Origin: a virus
Length of the DNA stretch: 64,000 nt
Virus record (IMG/VR): IMGVR_UViG_3300045988_135522
Direction: 5' to 3' (one strand)
Numbering within the stretch: the first letter of the stretch is position 1; each line of letters begins with the position of its first letter. Made by a program: the position numbers and the translations under genes. The notes under the pieces were generated by a model, which saw only the letters and a list, made by a program, of their open reading frames with translations, made no database searches and was not told the origin of the DNA. Shown piece after piece: positions 33,490-42,285 of the stretch.

Positions 33490-34086
33490 ATGGTACGGAG
33501 GAAAAGAATTACAAAAGGAGTATGGGACCGATACAAGGCCATTGTAAATGACTTTGTTGAAGTGGATGCAGGTAAACAACCTCTCATTTGGTTAAAGAGA
33601 TTTGACCAGATTCTGTCTTACGGTGAAGATATTGGCAATAACTATGAACCGTACTTTCTGGATGGATTGATTCAGTACAACTTCATAAGAACTTGGCCTT
33701 CATTAAAAGAGACTGTTTCAGGTGAACTGGACGGTATAAATATTGTATTATATGTAACTAAAAGGTCACTTGAAGAGAATGGACATCTAACCAAAGAAGG
33801 TTATTGGAACTTTGACTGGGTACAGGATAAGTTCGTAATCAATGGAAAGGTCTATTCACCAACTGGTGATACTCAGGTTGCTCAGGCACATGATGAAGCT
33901 TTGCTCTTTTTTGTAGTACTGAAGAGAGAAACTCCAGAAGAAACTAAAAAGATACTCTCCTACATGGAGAACATCGATAGGTACGTAGAGTTAACTAAGT
34001 ACATCCTTGAGTTAAGCAAAATGAATAACTATGAGGATGAAACTACCGTAAAGACTAATACGACATTCAAAGTTAAACCCAAATAA
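33490..34086 (+). CDS. hypothetical structural-module protein
   Basis: 198-aa ORF in the head/connector region. Confidence 0.55.
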   Translation: MVRRKRITKGVWDRYKAIVNDFVEVDAGKQPLIWLKRFDQILSYGEDIGNNYEPYFLDGLIQYNFIRTWPSLKETVSGELDGINIVLYVTKRSLEENGHLTKEGYWNFDWVQDKFVINGKVYSPTGDTQVAQAHDEALLFFVVLKRETPEETKKILSYMENIDRYVELTKYILELSKMNNYEDETTVKTNTTFKVKPK

Positions 34087-34091
34087 AAAAA

Positions 34092-34724
34092 ATGGCCGAA
34101 GTAAAACAGAACGGTATAGTAGTTAATCCATCATCTGGTTCTGGTGATACTACTCTTCAGGTAAAAGCCGAAGTAGTTAACCGAGGGAATCGTTTAGCAC
34201 AGGTTGCTATCTTTGAAGTAGAGGGTGCAAGAGTAACTGAGAAGAAGCAATTCATTGCTAGGCATCTCCCAGCAGCCGAGTTTATCAGGTTTGATATTAC
34301 TAAACCGGCAGTAGATAAGGATGGTGGTTCGATAACCTTAACCGGTGTATCAAACACTGCCAAAATCACCTTTTCTAAGGGTACGGGAGATATTATCGAG
34401 GCTGATGTTGCAGCTATTAAGTTTACGGCAAACGGTGCTGAAGCTACAAGCGGTGTTGCAATCGCTGGCGACCCAGGTGCTAAAGCAAAATATAATTTCA
34501 GCCTTACACTGAGTGCTGCAGCTAATGAAACCATAGAAGCTCGTACGCAACAGATTATTGCTATAGCTAATGGTGGTCGGAAAGAAACTGCTACTCTCCA
34601 TCAGACTGCAGGTGACCCATTCATCGAAGTTGCACCGACTTCAGTCGATGTTCCTCAGGAGGGTACAGCAGTACAGGTTACGGTGGACACCAACACTACC
34701 TTTACGGTTACTCCCAAGGCATAG
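34092..34724 (+). CDS. Ig/BACON-like repeat protein
   Basis: Three repeats of the pattern 'SGSGDTTLQVKAE..N.G.R.A.V.I' and 'PTSVDVPQEGTAVQVTVDTNTTFTVTP'. GC-rich codon class. Confidence 0.5.
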   Translation: MAEVKQNGIVVNPSSGSGDTTLQVKAEVVNRGNRLAQVAIFEVEGARVTEKKQFIARHLPAAEFIRFDITKPAVDKDGGSITLTGVSNTAKITFSKGTGDIIEADVAAIKFTANGAEATSGVAIAGDPGAKAKYNFSLTLSAAANETIEARTQQIIAIANGGRKETATLHQTAGDPFIEVAPTSVDVPQEGTAVQVTVDTNTTFTVTPKA

Positions 34725-34740
34725 GACCAAGGGATTTTGG

Positions 34741-34768
34741 TATAGATGGGTGGGATATCCCATCTATA
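34741..34768 (+). terminator. hairpin
   Basis: TATAGATGGG(34741-34750)/CCCATCTATA(34759-34768). Confidence 0.55.
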
Positions 34769-34791
34769 TCGCTAAATTTAATAACTAACGT

Positions 34792-35133
34792 ATGGCAAAA
34801 GTTACTATACCTTGGGATGACGGCTCCGGAGATAATTTTTATATTGATTATACCGGAATAGAAGGAAGTTCTGAATCTCAAATAACTTCTGATGCTAATC
34901 TATCGGGGGTAGAAAGGAGGAAGACTTTAGTATTTAGAACTACCAAAGCTCCTGCAACAGCTCAACAAGCAGAAGCTTATTTGACTGTAGTTCAGAGAAG
35001 TGATAATCTGATAGTTGCCATGTTCAATGGTATAGTATCTATTTATGACGGTAAGAAAGCTGGTTATAAACAGGATGAGGTTGCATACCTTCGTAGTAGA
35101 GTTAAACAGTTAGAAGAAAATCAAAATAAATAA
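34792..35133 (+). CDS. BACON-like domain protein
   Basis: GSGDNFYIDYTG...NLSGVERRKTLVFRTT...AYLTVVQRS fits the BACON-type ending (N.sg.eR...i.f....l.V.Q). Confidence 0.45.
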   Translation: MAKVTIPWDDGSGDNFYIDYTGIEGSSESQITSDANLSGVERRKTLVFRTTKAPATAQQAEAYLTVVQRSDNLIVAMFNGIVSIYDGKKAGYKQDEVAYLRSRVKQLEENQNK

Positions 35134-35141
35134 TTCAAGTT

Positions 35142-36422
35142 ATGGCAGAATTTCATGAGATTGGTAGTTCTCAGTTTACTGAAACTACCTCCCCCACTGG
35201 GGAAGAGATGATTCAGATATCTGCAACTCAGAAGGTAAAACTCAAAACCATTATCACTGCCCTGATAAAATCGGGATTAGGTACTACCAGTACTACAGCT
35301 TATGGGGGTAATGAGGGCTTGATAAATAGGACTATCTTAGAGTCATTTGGATTAACCACTGTATCAGGTGTAAATACTAATTTGACTCGTACTGCTACCC
35401 AGAATAAGCTGGCTTTCAAATCTAGATCCCGAAAAGATAAGACTAATGCCTTTGGAAATGAAGCAGAAAATCTGAACGTTTTCTTTGAAGTAGCAACTCA
35501 GGCATTGGCAGGTCTGATGTCTGCTGCTGATAAAGTTAAATTGGACGGATCTATCTTAGGTTCAGCCTTAGTAGTAGCGGCTAAGGCTCTGGCTGCTGGA
35601 ACAGCTCCCACAGTAAAATGGGATAACTCAAGTAATACTCTTACTTTTGGTATACCGAAAGGAGACAAAGGGGATAAGGGTGATAAGGGTGATAAGGGTG
35701 CTAAGGGTGATAAGGGTGATAAGGGTGATAAGGGTGATGCTGGATCTAGCTCGTCTACAGATATGAAGATGACGGGTTGGACTAACATCACTAAATACGG
35801 GGATGTACAGGATCCATATATCCAGGCCAGTGATACTTTGCTGGATGCTATTCGGAAACTTTCATGGATGACTAGTAATAACACTGTTAAAGTTTTCGGA
35901 GGAGGTTCAGGGGTTGGTATGATGTGGTGGGATGGAGATACAGTACAAAATATCTTCCATGCCCTTTACCTGGAGATAGAAACCTCCACATGGTATATTA
36001 TATTCGAGGGTCAGTTCTCCAGTATGGGAGAAAATGCCACTAACGAAGACATCATAAATTATATAGTATCGAACGGTGCTTCTATTTACTTAACTGATGA
36101 TTATCAGGAACCTGTTGAGTATCGTAATAACGCTTCATCCGCTTTGACTATAGGAGGAGGTTTAAGTGTTTGGTATACGGGAACTCAAAATCCTACCGTT
36201 ACAGTTAACGGGAGTGGGTTTAGCGGGAAAAAACCAACGGCATTTTTTGGGTGTCCCTACAACCTAACTCCTAAATTTACACCGTCTTCAAATACAACCT
36301 TGCATTTACATCAAAACTATGCAGATGTAAAACCTACTTCAGGTTATAAGGCATATACCCTATATTGCCAGAAAGTATCTGGTACATACCATATATTTAT
36401 AAATGTAGCCCCATATAACTAA
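35142..36422 (+). CDS. collagen-repeat fibre-like protein
   Basis: 426 aa with nine G-X-Y triplets (GDKGDKGDKGDKGAKGDKGDKGDKGDAG) between an N-terminal and a C-terminal globular part. Confidence 0.55.
   Translation: MAEFHEIGSSQFTETTSPTGEEMIQISATQKVKLKTIITALIKSGLGTTSTTAYGGNEGLINRTILESFGLTTVSGVNTNLTRTATQNKLAFKSRSRKDKTNAFGNEAENLNVFFEVATQALAGLMSAADKVKLDGSILGSALVVAAKALAAGTAPTVKWDNSSNTLTFGIPKGDKGDKGDKGDKGAKGDKGDKGDKGDAGSSSSTDMKMTGWTNITKYGDVQDPYIQASDTLLDAIRKLSWMTSNNTVKVFGGGSGVGMMWWDGDTVQNIFHALYLEIETSTWYIIFEGQFSSMGENATNEDIINYIVSNGASIYLTDDYQEPVEYRNNASSALTIGGGLSVWYTGTQNPTVTVNGSGFSGKKPTAFFGCPYNLTPKFTPSSNTTLHLHQNYADVKPTSGYKAYTLYCQKVSGTYHIFINVAPYN
35661..35744 (+). repeat. 9-bp tandem repeat encoding the collagen-like (G-D-K)n tract
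   Basis: GGTGATAAG-type units repeated about 9 times. Confidence 0.9.
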
Positions 36423-36434
36423 ACTGTATAACCT

Positions 36435-36626
36435 ATGAAAATTTCAAAACTCGGTTGGCTTTATATTGCTTTAGCCATCGCATCCTTCATCATTTTCTCT
36501 TGTATTTGGAGATGGTTAGATAATTGGTTCTTAGCTGTGCTGCTTATAGTATACCCCTTGGTATATTTTGTAGCTGGATATTTTGCTCACTATCTCAAGG
36601 TTAAATCTGTAGCCAAGAAAGAATAG
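36435..36626 (+). CDS. small membrane protein (2 TM)
   Basis: 63 aa (LGWLYIALAIASFIIFSCIW; FLAVLLIVYPLVYFVAGYF). AT-rich codons, unlike the flanking structural genes. Confidence 0.5.
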   Translation: MKISKLGWLYIALAIASFIIFSCIWRWLDNWFLAVLLIVYPLVYFVAGYFAHYLKVKSVAKKE

Positions 36627-36628
36627 GA

Positions 36629-37141
36629 ATGTCTAGTACATTAGAAGAACATGCTCATAAAACTTGGTTTGGCAAGTTATTACACACTATAGTACATATC
36701 CTCCTATGGATTTGGCAATTGCCTCAGAATCTGGTGGGATTAACCTATAGGTTAATTACAAGGGGTGAAAAGAGGATACTCAAACAAAGGTCGACTGCTT
36801 TCTATATAGCTCCTACTATGAGTGGCGGAGTTAGCTTGGGTAATTATATCTTTCTCTCCAAGAGTTCAGGATTAAGAGAGCCAGTATATGATCATGAGTT
36901 TGGTCATTGCATACAATCCAGGATATTAGGTCCTTTATACTTACCCACAGTTGGGATCTGTAGTGGGTTACACTGTATGTTTCACAACCGTAAAAATAAC
37001 TACTATGATTTCTGGACTGAGCGATGGGCAAATAGATTAGGAGGGATAGAGGGTTACTCTGGTGAATATCACTACCACAAGGATGGTGTTATACGAACCA
37101 TTTACTCTAAGTTGGAGGCTTTCTATAACAAATATTTTTAG
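36629..37141 (+). CDS. HExxH-motif protein (putative membrane-associated zinc metallopeptidase)
   Basis: VYDHEFGHCIQSRILGPLYL contains HEFGH. N-terminal hydrophobic segment LLHTIVHILLWIWQL. Confidence 0.45.
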   Translation: MSSTLEEHAHKTWFGKLLHTIVHILLWIWQLPQNLVGLTYRLITRGEKRILKQRSTAFYIAPTMSGGVSLGNYIFLSKSSGLREPVYDHEFGHCIQSRILGPLYLPTVGICSGLHCMFHNRKNNYYDFWTERWANRLGGIEGYSGEYHYHKDGVIRTIYSKLEAFYNKYF

Positions 37142-37144
37142 AGT

Positions 37145-37711
37145 ATGGCAAGGAAGGTCAATATCACACTCCCTAAACTATCTGACCTTGTACTTCAAGT
37201 AAAACTCAACGGTGAATGGCAAAAGGTAGAAGCCTTAGTCAGTAACCTTGGGCCAAGTATGCAAAGGGGGTATGATAAAGCCGTGGATAAATTTTCCAGA
37301 AACCTCCTTGCAATCGTAAAGAAGTCATTAACTTTGGGTATACCTCCCGTGGGTGGAGGAATAACATGGCAACCCTTATCCCCAGCTACTATCAAAAGGT
37401 GGGGACAACATCCTATTTATAACCTGACTGGTCTCTATTCGAGATCAGTTGGGTTATATCAGTATAAATCGAGAGTTCTAATCGGATTACCCATTGGAAC
37501 TAGACGCTCTTCTCAAAAGGAATTAACCCTGAACCAATTAGCTGAAATATTAGAATTTGGTTCTAATGACGGTAGAATTCCTTCTCGTCCAGTATGGGCA
37601 CCTTCTCTCAAGGCTGTTGGAGGTAGGGGTAAATTAAGAGACCTTATCCTAACTGAAATACGCAGGGAACTTCAAAAATATGGTGTAAGACCCAATCAAG
37701 TAAAATGGTAA
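37145..37711 (+). CDS. HK97 gp10-like head-tail joining / tail completion protein
   Basis: LAEILEFGSNDGRIPSRPVWAP matches the E.G....p.RPf signature of the gp10 family. Confidence 0.55.
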   Translation: MARKVNITLPKLSDLVLQVKLNGEWQKVEALVSNLGPSMQRGYDKAVDKFSRNLLAIVKKSLTLGIPPVGGGITWQPLSPATIKRWGQHPIYNLTGLYSRSVGLYQYKSRVLIGLPIGTRRSSQKELTLNQLAEILEFGSNDGRIPSRPVWAPSLKAVGGRGKLRDLILTEIRRELQKYGVRPNQVKW

Positions 37712-38370
37712 ATTCTCAGGAAATTATAGAGAGGTCCATATATGTAGCCCTATTGAATATGGCCATTGAACTGGGCTATACCATAAACCCAGAAGATTAC
37801 CTCCCTACAAGTGAAGCAAATGCCGAAAGATTCAAGGAAGATTTAAAGAATATCACCCAAGATAAGGGATTCTATATAGGTATCTTTGGAGTGGGTAATA
37901 ACCATTCTAAAGGTATAAAAGAAACTCCCCGTATGGTAGTCGATTCAGAAGGATTCTATCCGGGAGATGTTGGATTACCAAGGCAAATAATCGAGAAAGA
38001 AGAGGGCATAGGTTATACCGCAACCGAGGTACCCTATGAAACCTTACATCAATATATCAATATAAGATTATGTGCCCACTCTGCAGAACACATGAGATTG
38101 TTACATCAAATCATGTTCTGGTCAGTTCCTCAGAGGGGTTACTTAAAGCCATATACTGAAGACAAGTTTTTATTCGCAGGAAATATATTCCTCAGGGTAG
38201 TTAACTTTTATAATATGCCCGATTTGGATAACGGGTTGATGGAAAAGGTATACCAATTTGAAGTACAGGATTGCCTCCTAGAAAGTAATACTCCTCCAGG
38301 GATAATTACTCCCATAAGGGATATTTCTGTGCTTCTAGAAAATGCCAATTATACTCTACAAGTACCTTAA
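37705..38370 (+). CDS. hypothetical connector/tail protein
   Basis: 221-aa ORF between the gp10-like and sheath genes. Confidence 0.55.
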   Translation: MVNSQEIIERSIYVALLNMAIELGYTINPEDYLPTSEANAERFKEDLKNITQDKGFYIGIFGVGNNHSKGIKETPRMVVDSEGFYPGDVGLPRQIIEKEEGIGYTATEVPYETLHQYINIRLCAHSAEHMRLLHQIMFWSVPQRGYLKPYTEDKFLFAGNIFLRVVNFYNMPDLDNGLMEKVYQFEVQDCLLESNTPPGIITPIRDISVLLENANYTLQVP

Positions 38371-38384
38371 GATAAAATTCACAC

Positions 38385-39017
38385 ATGGATAAGAAAGAGA
38401 TTGAAAATCTGATAACCCAGGTTATCAGACAAAACGACATGAGGAATAGGCAGGGAAAAAATCTTCAGGATGTCTTAATGGGTATATTACAATATATATC
38501 CGATTCTGAGGGTGGGGAAGGAAGTGATATTAATCTTATACCCGGAGGTGGTATAGAGATAACCCCTACTCAAAAAGGTATTCAGATATCCATGGATAAG
38601 ACTGCCCTGGAATCCATTCAATATGCTGACACCGAAGTAAGGAGATTAGAGAAGGATAAAGTACCGTATGCCTATGACGCTAAGTTAAAGAAGAATATTA
38701 ACATACAGGCTTTAGAGGGCGGAGGATTCATAGTACAGTACCAGGATGATAACTATGTATTAGCCAAACTTGGGGTATACGAGGAAGGATCTGTTATCCA
38801 GAATGAGATTGCCAATTCTCATTACCCCACTGTAATAAATACTTCGGACAAGGTATATATGGAATCTCCTTCGGGTAAAAGTGAAATGGCTCTTGTATCT
38901 CAGATAACCGATGAGGTATTCCAGGCCTATAAGTCTAAGGGGGGAATCAAGGATAAAGATCATTTTTTCCAGGAGTTAACCACTCTCATAGATGGAGATG
39001 GAGGTTCAGTTGAATAA
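38385..39017 (+). CDS. hypothetical tail protein
   Basis: 210-aa ORF immediately upstream of the sheath gene. Confidence 0.55.
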   Translation: MDKKEIENLITQVIRQNDMRNRQGKNLQDVLMGILQYISDSEGGEGSDINLIPGGGIEITPTQKGIQISMDKTALESIQYADTEVRRLEKDKVPYAYDAKLKKNINIQALEGGGFIVQYQDDNYVLAKLGVYEEGSVIQNEIANSHYPTVINTSDKVYMESPSGKSEMALVSQITDEVFQAYKSKGGIKDKDHFFQELTTLIDGDGGSVE

Positions 39018-39037
39018 TAACCTTAAATAATTAAAAT

Positions 39038-40912
39038 ATGCCACAAACTCCAAGAGTAAGGTTCAGCTTCAAGAACCTGAATGTACAGTCTAGTGTACCT
39101 TTGTTGGGTGTAGTCAATGTAGTAGCTATGACTACTAAAGGCCCATTCGAGGACCCGAAGGATCTGATTGCAACTCCTTCTCAGTTTACTCGGATTTTCG
39201 GTTCGGAAATAGTTCCTGATGGATCTGTATCCAATATCATGAAGGCTCTTGAGATGGGAGCTAAGGTCCGAGTATCTCGAGTAATGGCTGATGGTGCTAC
39301 TTACGGTTGGGCTAAGCTTATGGCTGTAACTGGTGGTGCTGCAGCACTTGCTGGTCCTTCTACGGCTGTTCCCAATGGATCTGCCGTTGTATCTATAGTA
39401 TTGACCGATCCCAGCGGAGCAGAGAATAGTTTAACCCTTAATTTTGCTATCCGTACTCGAGAAGCTGGTTCTCCTGTATTAGATAATACTGGGTATGGGT
39501 TAAATCGTTCTTTCTATCTTGAACTGAATTATACCGAAGAGCCCACTGTGAAGGCTAGCATAATTCAGTATGGAGCTCGGGATGAATCCACTAAGAAGCC
39601 TCTCTATGATAGCATCTTAGCTACAACCCCATTCTTCTCGGCTAACAACGGATCTAATCCTTCTATCAATGTAGCTACTTTCCAGAATTTCATAGATAAT
39701 GCTCCTAATATCACTTTCGAAGTAATTCCAGGAAAAGAAGGTGATGGCCAGGGCACTATGGAGGATTATGCTCTCGGCATAGTCACTATGGAGGATGCTA
39801 TATCGGCACTCAATCAGTTCTCGAATTGGAATTCTACTGTAATGATCGGTAAGACCACTTCTGGTAACACGGATCCTGAAGAGGTATCCGATACTAATCG
39901 TTACATGGAATGCAACGAAGGTTCTATGGGTAATATTGGCGGTATCACTAAGGATAACTGGATGTCCGCTTATAATGCTCTCAAGTCTTATACTGATGCC
40001 TATTCGGTTATCCTCTCTCATGTCCACCAACATCTGGACAATTCCTATACCCAGTTGTATCAGGAAGTAGCTAAGGATGTACATACTACCTTTGAACAGA
40101 TGCTTTATGTGGAGGTACCAAAGTATCAGAGTGGAGGCAGTCGAATACCTGCAACTGTAGAAGAGACCCTTACAGCACTTAAGACTATGGTAGAAACCAT
40201 AGGCCCAATGAAAGAAGTTGCATATTTCGGCGGTGGTATCAAGTACTACAACGAAATGGGTTCTCTCCAGAAATGTGATGTGCTGGGTTCTGTAGCTGGT
40301 TTGGATGCAACCTGTGCTTCTACTTATGGCCCATGGTATTCCTTCTCGGGTATGAACCGTGGAGTGATTGCTTCGGCACTCGGTCCAGTAATGAAGAACT
40401 TGGGTGGCCCCGGTGATGTAGATACTCTCAATGAGTTTGCCCAGTGGTATATGAACTTGTTCGTAATCAAGAACACTCGTACCCAAGGCCAGCGTACTAT
40501 GCTTTGGCATGGTTTCACCTCGAACCCTATAGATGACTCCGAGAAGTTTATTTCTATAGTTCGTCTCAACCTGTATCTGAAGAAAAATCTTCGGCCTATT
40601 CTGGAAAGCTACATCGAAGAGCCTAATACCTTTGCTACCTGGAAACTCATTTATTATGAAGCTAAGGAAATTCTGGATGATCTGCAGACCCGAAATGCCA
40701 TCACTTCGTATGAATGGATAGGAGATCAGGATGCCCAGAGTTATGATGAGCTCCAGATAAATAATGAGGCTGACGTTCGTCAGGGTAAATACCGGGCTCA
40801 GCTGAAGTACAAAGAGGTTGTCCCAATGCAGGATATCGATATGGAGGTAGTCATCGACATTGCGGTTAACAAGAGCACCGGTGAAGTATCCATCTCTGCC
40901 TCGAATAACTAA
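39038..40912 (+). CDS. contractile tail sheath protein
   Basis: 624 aa, directly upstream of the tube gene. N-terminal PRVRFSFKNLNVQSSVPLLGVVNVVAMTTKGP is typical of sheath proteins. GC-rich codon class (in-phase antisense ORF 39617-40927). Confidence 0.8.
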   Translation: MPQTPRVRFSFKNLNVQSSVPLLGVVNVVAMTTKGPFEDPKDLIATPSQFTRIFGSEIVPDGSVSNIMKALEMGAKVRVSRVMADGATYGWAKLMAVTGGAAALAGPSTAVPNGSAVVSIVLTDPSGAENSLTLNFAIRTREAGSPVLDNTGYGLNRSFYLELNYTEEPTVKASIIQYGARDESTKKPLYDSILATTPFFSANNGSNPSINVATFQNFIDNAPNITFEVIPGKEGDGQGTMEDYALGIVTMEDAISALNQFSNWNSTVMIGKTTSGNTDPEEVSDTNRYMECNEGSMGNIGGITKDNWMSAYNALKSYTDAYSVILSHVHQHLDNSYTQLYQEVAKDVHTTFEQMLYVEVPKYQSGGSRIPATVEETLTALKTMVETIGPMKEVAYFGGGIKYYNEMGSLQKCDVLGSVAGLDATCASTYGPWYSFSGMNRGVIASALGPVMKNLGGPGDVDTLNEFAQWYMNLFVIKNTRTQGQRTMLWHGFTSNPIDDSEKFISIVRLNLYLKKNLRPILESYIEEPNTFATWKLIYYEAKEILDDLQTRNAITSYEWIGDQDAQSYDELQINNEADVRQGKYRAQLKYKEVVPMQDIDMEVVIDIAVNKSTGEVSISASNN

Positions 40913-40935
40913 AACAAATAAATTCAATAAATACT

Positions 40936-41403
40936 ATGGCAGGAGCTAAAGTAAAAAACCCAAGGAAGAAGTTCTTATGGCAAATTACATTTGTCAAGCA
41001 TCCCATTAACCCCTTCCTTTTTCAGCAGGTATCCATACCTGAGATAAGTATAGAACAGGTTTCTCACGGGGATGTGAACTATGATGTAAAGACAGGTGGC
41101 CGGGTATCAGTGGGTAACTTAACTGCATCCAAGCTCGAAACTACTTCGGGTTCAGATACTTGGTTATGGGATTGGCTGATGTCAGTACAGGATATGCTGC
41201 TTGGAGGAGGTTTAACCCCGAGTCAGTATAAGGAAACCGTACTTATCAATGAGTTAGCCGAGGATGGAGTATCTATCCTTAATTCCTGGACTTGCACGGG
41301 GGTATGGCCTTGCAAGGTAAATGGACAGGACTTAGACCGAATGAGTTCAGACAACACTCTGGAGGATTTAGAGTTCTCAGTAGATACTTGCGAGAAGCTG
41401 TAA
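40936..41403 (+). CDS. tail tube protein (T4 gp19-like family)
   Basis: 155 aa. FLWQITF...VSIPEISIEQVSHGDVNYDVKTGGRVSVGNLTASKLETTSG pattern. Sheath-tube gene order. Confidence 0.75.
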   Translation: MAGAKVKNPRKKFLWQITFVKHPINPFLFQQVSIPEISIEQVSHGDVNYDVKTGGRVSVGNLTASKLETTSGSDTWLWDWLMSVQDMLLGGGLTPSQYKETVLINELAEDGVSILNSWTCTGVWPCKVNGQDLDRMSSDNTLEDLEFSVDTCEKL

Positions 41404-41417
41404 TAATGAGTCACCAG

Positions 41418-41448
41418 GGGAGAGTTCAATGATGGGCTCTCCCTTTTT
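41418..41448 (+). terminator. hairpin terminator after the tube gene
   Basis: GGGAGAG(41418-41424)/CTCTCCC(41437-41443) followed by TTTTT. Confidence 0.6.
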
Positions 41449-41496
41449 CATTATTATATACTATATTCAGAAGAATACACTTAACAACTCAACAAC

Positions 41497-42285
41497 ATGG
41501 AAAATCAAACACTTTATGGTAAGGAATTTACCTTTAAATTGCCCAGCGGTTACGAGGTAACCATAAGGGAACAGAACGGGGAGGATGATGATATCCTTTC
41601 TAATCCCGTAGATGCTAAAACCTTCATGAACCTCTCTAAGTTCATTTCAGGTATTGTAATTGATACTGATATGACAGCAAATCGATTGCTGACTCCCGAG
41701 GATGTGCAGAAAATGCCTTCTCTTGACAGGTATGCCATCATGATAAATTCTCGGATATTTTCACTGGGAGAAACTTTAGAGTTCAAGTATTCTTGGGATG
41801 GTCCTGCAGATGGTCAGGTTCGTGAAGTGAAGTACGAGGTTAATCTTCGGGAAGAGTTCCTCTTTGATTATGGTACAATCCCCTCTATGGAAGAGATGGG
41901 AGCAAAGCCCAATGCTATCCCATTCTACCCCGTTTCAAAACAAAGTTCTGAAATACATTTCACTACCAAGAGTGGAAAAGAAATGTGTTTTGATCTTCTC
42001 AATGCTAAAGGGGAAGCTTATGTATTGAACCTTCCCGCAAGTGAACGCACTAAAAATCAGGAATTAGTTGCTCGTAACCTCAAATTGAAGGTTGGTGATA
42101 AATACGAGTTAGTGAAAAATTTCCGGATGTTCAATCCCATAGATATGATGGATATCCGATCCACTATTAAGGGATTTGACCCTCTCTTCCATGGTACTAC
42201 TCAAATCGAAGACCCCGAAACGGGACAGAAGATTATGGTACCTGTGATGGCGGTAGATAATTTTTTCTACCCACGGGAGAACTAG
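41497..42285 (+). CDS. tail assembly chaperone (short, unshifted form)
   Basis: 262-aa ORF between the tube and tape-measure genes. Carries a slippery heptamer near its 3' end. Confidence 0.65.
   Translation: MENQTLYGKEFTFKLPSGYEVTIREQNGEDDDILSNPVDAKTFMNLSKFISGIVIDTDMTANRLLTPEDVQKMPSLDRYAIMINSRIFSLGETLEFKYSWDGPADGQVREVKYEVNLREEFLFDYGTIPSMEEMGAKPNAIPFYPVSKQSSEIHFTTKSGKEMCFDLLNAKGEAYVLNLPASERTKNQELVARNLKLKVGDKYELVKNFRMFNPIDMMDIRSTIKGFDPLFHGTTQIEDPETGQKIMVPVMAVDNFFYPREN

Noticed and set aside
35142-36422. Diversity-generating retroelement targeting the fibre-like genes (also 53125-54948).
   Set aside because: There is no reverse transcriptase gene in the window, and I saw no template/variable repeat pair with adenine-specific differences.
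39617-40927. Very long antisense ORFs: 436 aa opposite the sheath gene, 272 aa at 31059-31877 opposite the capsid gene, and others at 30546-31016, 8360-8776, 3753-4106, 34157-34601 and 18140-18442.
   Set aside because: They are in phase with, and fully contained in, well-supported sense genes, and their products are low-information. An in-phase antisense frame stays open automatically when the sense gene avoids TTA/CTA/TCA codons, so they are shadows of codon bias rather than genes.
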